Source: Pseudomonadota bacterium
GTDB taxonomy: Bacteria; UBA10199; 2-02-FULL-44-16; DYJF01
DNA: 64,000 nucleotides
Direction of reading: 5' to 3'
NCBI GenBank assembly: GCA_043823065.1
Contig: JBDRBB010000006.1
Coordinates: 140,359-204,358, forward strand
This document shows positions 19,701 to 28,242 of the stretch, piece after piece. The notes beneath the pieces were generated by a model. That model made no database searches, was not told the DNA's origin, and worked only from the letters and a program-made list of their open reading frames with translations. Each line of letters starts with the position of its first letter. The first letter of the stretch is position 1. The translations under genes and the position numbers were made by a program.

Positions 19701-22700
19701 AACAGATATAGGCAAAGGAGTGCCGCTATCATATCCTGCTGAACCTAATACTCTGATACTTCTGGTTAAGACATCCCCTGGAACTTGCTGGGCCAATTCT
19801 TCTTGGTGTTGTGCCAAATAACGCCAAAATGCAGTCAAATGCGAGATTGCTGGCTGGCCGTCATCTGGGCACTGCCAGGGTTCAAGCAAGTGTTCATTTA
19901 ATGAGACAAAAACCTGCATGACGTTAAGATTTAAGAAAGGATCTTGTTCCTGAATTAGGTGCTCAGCAATTTCCAAGATGCGTTGCACCTGAAGTGTCCC
20001 TAAATCAGAAATCCGGAAATTACTTGGTGGCTGCGCTGATAATCTTGAAATAATATCTGTTAAAAAACTTCTAGGTAGATAGTTTATGAGCAGTTCTCGC
20101 TGCCCTCTTAGAATAGCTAAATCTTGCCTGACATCATCTGTCAAATTGCCGCTAATGCTTGATTCTGGAAATGATATTTGAGCATTAAGATATCCTGGCA
20201 AACGATTAGAAATTTCTTCCAAGACTTGGGCGCTAGTACATAATCGAGTATCATCATTGTTGTTTTCCAGATACCCGTGTATTAATTCAAAAATCCTGTC
20301 CAGAAGTTGCAATCTCTGTTGATATCTTGGGGGTAAAGACCAAAGCAAACGTGCATTAGCAATGTCATATTGAGCTATTTCTTCTGGAAGAATGGGGCCT
20401 AAAGTTGCTATCTGTAATCCATAGCTGGCTATAACTTCAGCCGCTTCCAATCCTGGCGGCATATTGCGCTCGGTACGCTCACCCAGACCATAAACTATAT
20501 GAACTCGTGCCTCACTTAAATTCACACCCAGATCACTTAAGGCAACTAAGACCTCGACAAATTCATCATTAAAAGCACCCACATTACTACCTGTTAGCGG
20601 CAAATGGGCAAGCGCCAGGATGTTTCTTCCTCGCGCTTTGATTCTGATTTCCGTGCAATATAAGCAGTAATCACCAGCAATTCTACCTTCAGGAATTCCC
20701 GCTAAAATTAACCAGCCCATGCCATCAGTTCCTGATATTGTATTTGGTGCTAATGGATCGGTGAGTCTAAGCAGGTTATTAACCCCAGGAAATGGTCTAG
20801 AAATAATTCTGGCCCATGGTGTATAATACGGTGTTCCATCAGCAGGACGCGCTAAACCACGGGTGAAAAGAAAGTCTTGAAGTTGATGATAAACATCTGC
20901 CTCACCAATTTCAACACCCATAGCTGCCAAAGCACTTGCATAAATTTCTCGGTCATGGCGTTGGCTTTGCTCTGCATGCACTGCTGGCAAAACATCAAAG
21001 ACATTGCTACCTTCAGCTTGAGCAATTTCTTGCGCCCTGATTAACTCACCTAAAATTCGGACTAAATGAAACTGGGCTTGCAGAAATTCTTGCAGACGCT
21101 CTGGTGTGGGTTCTCTTAGAAGCTCTTCATATGATAGCCCAAAGTCAGACATTTGACTTGGCAACACATTGGCTATTTGATGAATTACACCTGGTTGATC
21201 ATCAACCATAACAGCTGGCAGACGTGCTGTGTCTCTGGGAAATTCAGCTAAATTTTCCAATCCTAGTGCGGCTAAAAATTCTTGCAGTTGTGGTGATTCT
21301 TCCACCAAAACATTTTTATTGGCGCTAAAAATACGATCAACTCTACGCAATATTTCAACAGCCAGGCTAGGAGGCATTCTCCACCTTTCTGCAAATACCG
21401 GTACTCTTAAATCCTTTAAACCAACCATAGGTAGATAAGTAGCATTTCTGGAATAAGTCGGAATACCTGGCCCAAAAAGTTCTTCAACAAAAGGATTGTT
21501 GCGCATTTCATCAGCGCTGGAAAAAAACGCCAAATTAGTTCTTTGCTGTAAAACGCGCACTACTTCCCTGAGATAAGCTGGAAGTGCATAGTTATGGCCA
21601 GTTGCTTCAAGATAGAAAGACCCAATACCTGTACCTGGAATACGCAAAACATTTTTTGCTGAAACACTGTCAATATCCAAAATGAAATACCAGGCCTCTG
21701 GATTTCTTGCAGAGCTTGGTGGATAACGGTGATCTAGAATTGCCCTTAAAAGATCCCCTGAACCTCTTTCACCCCTTAATAATAAGCCGCTAGCTTGCTC
21801 AACAAGCTGATTCCAAGCTTCCTCAACTGCGCCAGCATTCAAAATTATTTGATAATTACCAGCCAGAGTACGTACTGCTAATGAAGCAGTTGAAAAATCT
21901 CTTGTTCCAGGTGGGGTAGGATTTTCTGACTCGCCCAGGCGGAAAAATGGTAGCCTATCCCCCAATGGATCTAGAAATGAGCCACCCCTGGCATCATAAA
22001 CAACTTGCGTGATTGGTTGTGGATCAAAAACACTAAAACCACTTAAAGAAGATAAAGACGGGCCACCAAGACCTGGGCCAGATGCGGGCGAAGGAAGCGG
22101 ACTACCATTTGAACTAGCTGGAGGTGAGCTAGAACCTGAAGATGAAAAACCTTCTAATCTTAAAATCAGCGCTTCTAAAGTTGATTGATCATTTGCTTGG
22201 GCCAACTCAGCACAGCGATCAACCAAGGCATTAACAAATCTTTGAATTGCTGGCAGCAGATGTTCTTGGTCGAGCCCTAACAAATTAACATCCACCCGCG
22301 CTTCTGGCGCTAGACTTAAATTAAGGAGGTTAAGCACAGAAAATATATCCACCGCACTTTCCTGATTCAGCAGATTTGGATCTATGTTTTTTTGAATTAC
22401 TCTAAATAGGTCGGTTAGCAGTTGCAGCCTTGTTGTTCTATCTTGGGAGTTTTGGATACCTGGACTAATCCTATCTTCAACAATCAAAACTTGGCGTAAA
22501 AAGTCTTCCACCTCTGCAGCAGCTTCATCCAGGCCAACACTTTCATAATAAGCCTTGGCTTCTAAACCAGCGGTAAGAATGTCTGATATTAATTCGTCCA
22601 GTCCTCCTGGCAATGCTTCTAGATTTACTCTTTGTTCAAACCGATAGTAATTTAACGCTCGCATATAAACATCGTGAATGCGGGCCATTTGAGCTATGTT

Positions 22701-25700
22701 CTGTTCAGTGATTTGTGCTTCTTGGTCAACAAGGGCAGTATAGGCTTGGCGCGCGTGAATCCAGATTAAACGCATAATATTATAAACATCAATGCTGCGC
22801 AAATCTGGATCATCAGTCTCTATCCCTTCAGGTGTTAAATATAAAATGCGCTCCCCAACCAACTCTGCAAAACGATGCATTACTCTAAATTGCTGGTCAG
22901 GGCGAAGTTCGGTTTGAGAATTGCTGCCAAAATCCACCACTACATCATTAATTAAACGCAAGGCAGCTGCCAAATTTTGACCACTCAAACCAGCTTCAAT
23001 ATTTCTGATTACTTGTAAATCAGGTGGCAAGCTTGCCCCGCGAACAATGTGAATATGATCATCAGCTCCTTCAAGACCGCATACAATATCCAAATCAGGC
23101 CGTTCTATCTGCAACCTTTGCAAAACCCGTCTTCTAATACCTTGATCTATCCCTATATTACCTGATAAACTAATTGAGCCAGATATTTCTAAAATCTCTA
23201 CCATACTGTTTAACTGATCATAAAGCGTTGCTTCGGATAATGCCTCTGGCTCAGAACCATTGCGCACCCATATCACATATCCATCTCTACCAGCTGTTAC
23301 GCCAGGATTTTCATCCATTATTCTGCGCAAGATGTGATCGGTATTTTCCATACCAATTTCTTCATCACTCAAGAGCAATGCTCTCACGGTTAAACGAATT
23401 TCTCCTTGTTCTGTTAAGTGCTCTATTGCCCTATTTAATAAGCGATATACGCCTTCTGCTTCTCTAGCAACATAGTCTAACTCAAGGATTTCACCTGTTT
23501 GAAGCTGACCCCAAGATCCATCTTTAACATTGAATTGTTCATCATGATGTAAGCCTAAAACGCTACCTGGGAAAAATATAAATGGAAATTGTCCAATATC
23601 TTCAGGCCAATCCCGATGCATGTCAAAAATTAATCTCTTAAAACTCTTTGGCAAAAATTGATCATTTATGTCGGCTAAAACAAATTGTTCTCGTTCTGCA
23701 CCCATACAACAAAACAACCGTACGTCTCGGCCCTCGCCTGCGCCCATTATTAAAGCCCTGTCACCATAATTAATTAGGCGATCAAAAATATCTCCAGTAT
23801 ATAAAGGCATTGTTGGATCAACATACGCGACAGTTCTAAAACTTACCCACCCATCAAAACTAGATAATATAGGGCCCCGCCCTTCAACAGATGGATCTAA
23901 TCTACTTTCTACCTGATCAACTATGGACAAAAGATATTCTTGACTCATACCTCTATAATCACAACTAGTGATTACTGCACGCAAACCGCTTGGACGCTCA
24001 TTTGCTGTAAACCTCACTTCACTTGGATTAGCTGGGATTGATCCAGTTTCTTCAGACACCCTGCCATCTGGATGAACAACAACGTTTGCTCTATTTTCAG
24101 ATCTGCCAAGTATTCCTGGAGCATGAATGTTATTTGGAGAAGGCGGGGCTGGTTGCCGTGAACCAGGTTCCGCGTGAGCAATATTTAGAAGTTGGGAGCT
24201 TCTATTTCTAATTCCAGCTAAAAAGTTTCTGGCTTCTTCTAATTGTTCTGCGCTCACCAAACCGCGTTGATCTGCTTGTCTTAGCAAATACTCCATTCGA
24301 TCAGCTTGGCTGGCGACCTGGTCTTGCAGTCTGACCATCTCTCTTAAACGTGGCGTGTTGCCTATAACCTCCACTCCATCTGGAGTTATTTCTGAATCAA
24401 GGTTTTGATCTTGTTCATATAAGTCTCTGACTCTTTGCGCACTGGCTGTAATGGCATTTCTTAAAAATAAGATCTGCGGCTCTAAAGCTGCCTCTAAGTT
24501 TTGCTGGGCCCTTCTATTTACATATTCAAGTCGGCCTTGTTCTCCACTGTTTTCTAAAAATGTACGATATTCTTGGGCCAGGTCTGTGGCCCTTTGAGTT
24601 AACTCTAAAAACCTGGTTTGATCTGAATTAGATAGTCTATTAGTGGAAGCAAACAATTGATTTAAGTTTGCAAGCTCTGCTTCAACTTCATGCCAATCTC
24701 TTTGCAATCTACTTTCTGTGCGAATAACTTCTAGATCTGCTTGCGCTAATAAATGCGCATCTCTGGCTGCTCTCACTTGAGCTGGATCTGCGCCAAAGCT
24801 TTGCAGCATATCATGCTGCTGGGCTTCTATTTCAACTAATCTTTGAGCTGCGGAAATTAGCTGAGTTTCCTCTGCTAGCGTTAATGCTTGGCTTAATTGT
24901 CTGGCCCGCAATTGCCTAACCTGTTCTGCAAACTCTATTCTTCTGGTTGCTAATTCCACCTGGCCTAAATGCGCATCGGAAATATTACCCACTGCATGCA
25001 GTTGCTCATAAATATTTAACTGTTCTTGAGCCAACCGCACAATTTCATTTCTTAGGGTTTGATAACGCTCTTGATCTAATCTTTGCCCTTGATTTGATTG
25101 TCTCACCAATTCATTTAATTCATCCACTATATCTCTGGTTCTAGTTGAATTGCGCATCAGCGCATTTCTAGCGCCACTGCCTAATCTGGCCCGAAAACTA
25201 TGAGAGATGGGTCTGGTAAAAATTCCAGCTCCTCTTAAACCAGCAAGTGTGGCAACTGCATGTAATGACCTATCCCTAATTACTTCGCTAGTTAGCAGAT
25301 CATTCCAGATTACATCTGAAGGAACACCTTGTATTAAAGCATCTGCCGAAAGTTCGCCCAAACCATAACCAGTGAAAACAGCGGTTTCTGTGCCAAACCA
25401 GCCAGCGCCTAAACCAAATCTGCCTAAACTTGTGGTTGGCCTGGCCCCTCTTAAAAAGGCATTGGCCACCCGGTGATATCCCTGGCCTGCTGCGCCAACT
25501 GCGTTAAACAAACCAAAGGTAAATACGCTGCGCACTACAAATACATCCCAGTTACCTTGAAACTGGAACTCAGGAGCTAGACCAATTTGGCCGGGCAACC
25601 ACAAATTAGAAGCAGTAAAGATGGGCGTCATAACTGTGCGTTCCATTAATCTTCTCACTGGCTGGCCAATCAAAACACCTCTACCCCGACCTGTGGTGCC

Positions 25701-28061
25701 GGCAACTCTGGCCAGGCCTTGGCCAAATCTACCCAGGTTGATAGCCCGGCCTAACCAGCTAACTTGTCGCAATCTTAATAATTGTAAACCTAGACAAACT
25801 TCACTTACCACTGCTGCAGCAATAACTTCTGAAGCCAAAGCTGTGACTGCAATTAAGGAAAGATGCAGAGCAAACTGATGCAACTCTTGAGCATCTTGGC
25901 CAACTCTAACTTCTGCCTGAATTGCCTGCATTGCTGGATGATTACTCACAGCTTGCAAAAACTCCTGCTGCTGCCTGGGATCTTGCAATCTTTCTGGAAG
26001 TTGATTGGCCCTAGCCATGGCCTGTACTCTACTTACTAGCTCAAATACTTCATCTCTAGTGCGACACTGGCTTAAGTTTTCTGTGTAGTCTGGATTTAAC
26101 AAGTCCTCTGGATCAACAGCTAAAGGAGAAAAGTTTTGATCAGGAGAATTGTTGGCCAGATTTCTTAAGCGCTCAGTTGTGCGACCAGATAAAAAAGCAA
26201 ACTGACTCCGCACGCTTCTGCCCCACCTGGCTTGATTACTTCTGCTGGCGCGACTAAAGGCTTCACCTAAACCTGCCAGCCTTTGCTCAAAACTTTCTGT
26301 TCCAGCAAGTCTTGAAAGCTGGGGAAGTCTTTCGGACAAATAACTTAAACTCTCTAAAAACTCCCCATCTACTTGGGATTCTGGCTGATCACTGTTTATC
26401 ACCCTGGCTAAATTAGCAAATGCCTCATCTATTCTTGGTCGCTCTGAGCTGCGCGCCAAACCTAAAATACGCTCATCTTGAAAAGCCTCTGCAAAAATAA
26501 TAGCTGAAGCCAAAGGCAAGGTAGCCTGCTCTAATCTATCTAACTCTTCTGCGCTATATCCTTGAATTGCTGAAGCATCGGCAAGACACAGAAAAATTAT
26601 ATCGGTTTCAATATTGGAAGAATTGGCAGATATTTGCGCCCATTGCTCATGCAATCTACCAGCCCGAATTGCTAAAACTTGGGGCCGAATTTCAGTTATT
26701 AATTCTGGTAATCTAGGCGATATTGTTTCTTGAGCCAGTAAATTTCTTAACTCTTCTACTTGCGTTTGTAGCTCTGGATTATCCTCAATTACAGCAAGAT
26801 ATTGCTCTGCATGAGCTCTTACCACACCTGGCTCAGATTGAGCTGCCCGCTGCAAGGCTTGCTGCGCTTGTTCTAAATCACTACTTTCTTCTATATTTTC
26901 ACTAGTCAGTAGTTGCGCGCAAAACCTGCGCAAGTGAGTTTGAGCTAAACAGTAATCATCTGTTGAAGCTGAATTTGGAGATTGCTCTAAACTTTCGGCA
27001 ATGTTGGCCAGCACTTCTTGATACTCATGATAGACTTGAGCCCTCTGAAATCTGGCCTGGGCTTGAATTAATAATTCCTGATTTTGCTCAGCAATGGCTT
27101 GCTCAAAATTAGCTCTGGTCTCTTGCACATAGACTTGCCATCTATTGCCATATGCTTGCTCGCTTAAATTTTCTAGCTCTCCTAAAGTTTGCAGCAAAGA
27201 ATAAGCAGAAAAGAGCTGGGTTCTTAATTCCTCTGATCGCTCAAATACATCCTCTCCCTCACTATGCAAAAGATCTCTGCTCTGGCCAAATATTTGCCAC
27301 AAGCTAGTAGTTGCATTTGCATCTAAACTCGCAAATTCAGCTAAGTGATTCAGGCTTTCTACCAGCAGGCTTAGATTTCTAAGCAAATGATCTGCTACTT
27401 GGGCTGCCCTTAAACCTTCTGAATCTGAATCATTCTCCCCATAATTTTCCAGACGGACTAAAAGCTGATCTACAACAAAGGTGAGCTCTGCTCTTATTTG
27501 CTGGCGCTGGGCGTCACTAAAATTATCTCCTGCTAAAGCGCGATTTACCTCATCTGCTTGTTGTAAAATTTGGCTGGTTATTTCTAAGCGGCCTTCTATA
27601 TCCTCAGCAGTGGTAACCAAGGCCCTTCTTTCCTGCGCTTGTCTGGCCAGGGGAAACTGCTCCTGCACCCTAGCTAGTTCCCGATTCCAGTGCCGATTAT
27701 ATCTACTCATTCTGTCTCTGGTTTCCTCTGAACTAAATGAGGAGGTAGCTGAAATAAGTTGAGTTATTCTTCTGGTAAAAGCTTGTTTTTGAATTAAATC
27801 TTGGGCAAAGCTTTGGGGATCAAACAATGCTCCCTGAACCTGATCACTGTTTAGCAAATTTTGTCGGAAATTTATTGAAGAGGCCTGGCCGGTTATTCTA
27901 ACCAACTCATTGGCTGAAACTATTTGAAAATTAGATTCAGGCTCTGGTATTTCATCTATCAAATCCAGATCATGCGCGTAATCAGCTATCCATCTTAAAG
28001 TTTCATTATGCGGATCGCGCTGCAAAAGAGAGCTAAAAATGTTAGTTAGGAAATTTGGCAT
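16662..28061 (-). CDS. Giant 3799-aa multidomain hypothetical protein (putative effector/toxin)
   Basis: Uninterrupted 11.4-kb ORF: helical N-terminus, hydrophobic segment, then methyltransferase-, HAD- and Cys-hydrolase-like motifs separated by Ser/Gly/Pro linkers. Confidence 0.85.
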   Translation of the reverse strand: MPNFLTNIFSSLLQRDPHNETLRWIADYAHDLDLIDEIPEPESNFQIVSANELVRITGQASSINFRQNLLNSDQVQGALFDPQSFAQDLIQKQAFTRRITQLISATSSFSSEETRDRMSRYNRHWNRELARVQEQFPLARQAQERRALVTTAEDIEGRLEITSQILQQADEVNRALAGDNFSDAQRQQIRAELTFVVDQLLVRLENYGENDSDSEGLRAAQVADHLLRNLSLLVESLNHLAEFASLDANATTSLWQIFGQSRDLLHSEGEDVFERSEELRTQLFSAYSLLQTLGELENLSEQAYGNRWQVYVQETRANFEQAIAEQNQELLIQAQARFQRAQVYHEYQEVLANIAESLEQSPNSASTDDYCLAQTHLRRFCAQLLTSENIEESSDLEQAQQALQRAAQSEPGVVRAHAEQYLAVIEDNPELQTQVEELRNLLAQETISPRLPELITEIRPQVLAIRAGRLHEQWAQISANSSNIETDIIFLCLADASAIQGYSAEELDRLEQATLPLASAIIFAEAFQDERILGLARSSERPRIDEAFANLARVINSDQPESQVDGEFLESLSYLSERLPQLSRLAGTESFEQRLAGLGEAFSRASRSNQARWGRSVRSQFAFLSGRTTERLRNLANNSPDQNFSPLAVDPEDLLNPDYTENLSQCRTRDEVFELVSRVQAMARANQLPERLQDPRQQQEFLQAVSNHPAMQAIQAEVRVGQDAQELHQFALHLSLIAVTALASEVIAAAVVSEVCLGLQLLRLRQVSWLGRAINLGRFGQGLARVAGTTGRGRGVLIGQPVRRLMERTVMTPIFTASNLWLPGQIGLAPEFQFQGNWDVFVVRSVFTFGLFNAVGAAGQGYHRVANAFLRGARPTTSLGRFGLGAGWFGTETAVFTGYGLGELSADALIQGVPSDVIWNDLLTSEVIRDRSLHAVATLAGLRGAGIFTRPISHSFRARLGSGARNALMRNSTRTRDIVDELNELVRQSNQGQRLDQERYQTLRNEIVRLAQEQLNIYEQLHAVGNISDAHLGQVELATRRIEFAEQVRQLRARQLSQALTLAEETQLISAAQRLVEIEAQQHDMLQSFGADPAQVRAARDAHLLAQADLEVIRTESRLQRDWHEVEAELANLNQLFASTNRLSNSDQTRFLELTQRATDLAQEYRTFLENSGEQGRLEYVNRRAQQNLEAALEPQILFLRNAITASAQRVRDLYEQDQNLDSEITPDGVEVIGNTPRLREMVRLQDQVASQADRMEYLLRQADQRGLVSAEQLEEARNFLAGIRNRSSQLLNIAHAEPGSRQPAPPSPNNIHAPGILGRSENRANVVVHPDGRVSEETGSIPANPSEVRFTANERPSGLRAVITSCDYRGMSQEYLLSIVDQVESRLDPSVEGRGPILSSFDGWVSFRTVAYVDPTMPLYTGDIFDRLINYGDRALIMGAGEGRDVRLFCCMGAEREQFVLADINDQFLPKSFKRLIFDMHRDWPEDIGQFPFIFFPGSVLGLHHDEQFNVKDGSWGQLQTGEILELDYVAREAEGVYRLLNRAIEHLTEQGEIRLTVRALLLSDEEIGMENTDHILRRIMDENPGVTAGRDGYVIWVRNGSEPEALSEATLYDQLNSMVEILEISGSISLSGNIGIDQGIRRRVLQRLQIERPDLDIVCGLEGADDHIHIVRGASLPPDLQVIRNIEAGLSGQNLAAALRLINDVVVDFGSNSQTELRPDQQFRVMHRFAELVGERILYLTPEGIETDDPDLRSIDVYNIMRLIWIHARQAYTALVDQEAQITEQNIAQMARIHDVYMRALNYYRFEQRVNLEALPGGLDELISDILTAGLEAKAYYESVGLDEAAAEVEDFLRQVLIVEDRISPGIQNSQDRTTRLQLLTDLFRVIQKNIDPNLLNQESAVDIFSVLNLLNLSLAPEARVDVNLLGLDQEHLLPAIQRFVNALVDRCAELAQANDQSTLEALILRLEGFSSSGSSSPPASSNGSPLPSPASGPGLGGPSLSSLSGFSVFDPQPITQVVYDARGGSFLDPLGDRLPFFRLGESENPTPPGTRDFSTASLAVRTLAGNYQIILNAGAVEEAWNQLVEQASGLLLRGERGSGDLLRAILDHRYPPSSARNPEAWYFILDIDSVSAKNVLRIPGTGIGSFYLEATGHNYALPAYLREVVRVLQQRTNLAFFSSADEMRNNPFVEELFGPGIPTYSRNATYLPMVGLKDLRVPVFAERWRMPPSLAVEILRRVDRIFSANKNVLVEESPQLQEFLAALGLENLAEFPRDTARLPAVMVDDQPGVIHQIANVLPSQMSDFGLSYEELLREPTPERLQEFLQAQFHLVRILGELIRAQEIAQAEGSNVFDVLPAVHAEQSQRHDREIYASALAAMGVEIGEADVYHQLQDFLFTRGLARPADGTPYYTPWARIISRPFPGVNNLLRLTDPLAPNTISGTDGMGWLILAGIPEGRIAGDYCLYCTEIRIKARGRNILALAHLPLTGSNVGAFNDEFVEVLVALSDLGVNLSEARVHIVYGLGERTERNMPPGLEAAEVIASYGLQIATLGPILPEEIAQYDIANARLLWSLPPRYQQRLQLLDRIFELIHGYLENNNDDTRLCTSAQVLEEISNRLPGYLNAQISFPESSISGNLTDDVRQDLAILRGQRELLINYLPRSFLTDIISRLSAQPPSNFRISDLGTLQVQRILEIAEHLIQEQDPFLNLNVMQVFVSLNEHLLEPWQCPDDGQPAISHLTAFWRYLAQHQEELAQQVPGDVLTRSIRVLGSAGYDSGTPLPISVSSTPPPAVYPTPLPPADQSFGLPEYSPLGIILGHLGAREVPHEFAPGQALFAQADWPVTYVFGLTPETGLDQVRDNEHHIVGVDMLATPALESRADASMLYVDARFLSPADRVVVANPRDELIETAAAIAQSEVVIMGDPTVRSREFWIDYLRGMGFEISEQRENDIIRQFFPDRLPSHLRPTWVIRAIRSEANDPNEDTDPEIVLAPDELEVIVRQEDPNSLIGIPLVALRGNAEVAARVASTIPDQATVNSILAALAAFEFHPDFEVTFDYRTTVEGREGRVGEYYQRGFDGSFAFLIHHQGREVMVVSFNIGDNAIYVNQIQNTRRTGNNWMRSLPQPRREMVLSSLRNAFPGYDIYLVDGESLATRVRDEYHEYDDNLPKEVYDRIVSFYNTPLQGMQRDAGVTAADGFRYNRISFAQDTAPVQDLISRLEQTGVHFRYYPGGLVEPNLPIILVVGPRTPAEPTFLALAPNFTSYYHVLGVELDPESPTAENPPIGYNSDMIEMTIEDAEQRSYSMVLMDVRELPKGFAQIALAFNPSSDEVIESLIETVLPGGEVLFTIDDIITRGRAEWRQYLEQRGFTVYIDRSSQNSRIEELIRATGARSDRLEVVRYSVNDIIYAVRDRGNNSSSSLPPNESNSGNSGAGPVSGHGFSAAPTSIHMVPPLPLAEPSGVLAVVDLPAARPRPEQVIDVGGLLAVGNSYGADDVGDDAFVEPGTYLQMCARCLGSFLRYVRPNFAGARTRFPDNAQGRALFDSARRFIASMPLVGYTPSSELAQVGYEDPVVPMPIWGDPRDANYLSPGRPIEFNSLEIALTALGVKPLSTTAAASSFELMDESDRLYLLEQAGLEMFVDPDSTRYRYTVYDPDVLSPLLSIYSGNSVYPDQVGETLQRMWTQYPHYFYGYPQPMPRADQNIYMVQVGSQGLVGRRMIQSGRLTFSVEDPEMVADRLPDWAAAAALVDEMRGLPPSVESFARIPGYLEVRVRRQPNGEWEFTDAFQSLPANPGDE

Positions 28062-28073
28062 AAAGACTAATAC

Positions 28074-28100
28074 TTATCGCAGCTTAGATAGAAAAGTTGC
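28074..28100 (-). promoter_or_regulatory. Sigma-28-like promoter motif, copy 3
   Basis: Minus strand GCAACTTT-TCTATCTAAGC-TGCGATAA; ATG 12 nt downstream. Confidence 0.7.
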
Positions 28101-28119
28101 TAAAAAAAACCCTTATTAA

Positions 28120-28242
28120 GGGGACGTTTCCCCCCTTAGTAACATCTTGATATTAAAGGCAAAAAAAGGGCGACTTGATTTTTTCCAGTCGTCTTTTATT
28201 CGTTAATTAATCTAATAAGTTAGCTAGGGGGGAAACGTCCCC
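28120..28242. mobile_element. 123-bp MITE/REP-like element with perfect 16-bp terminal inverted repeats
   Basis: GGGGACGTTTCCCCCC (28120-28135) and GGGGGGAAACGTCCCC (28227-28242); a lone identical end at 44075-44090. Confidence 0.65.
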
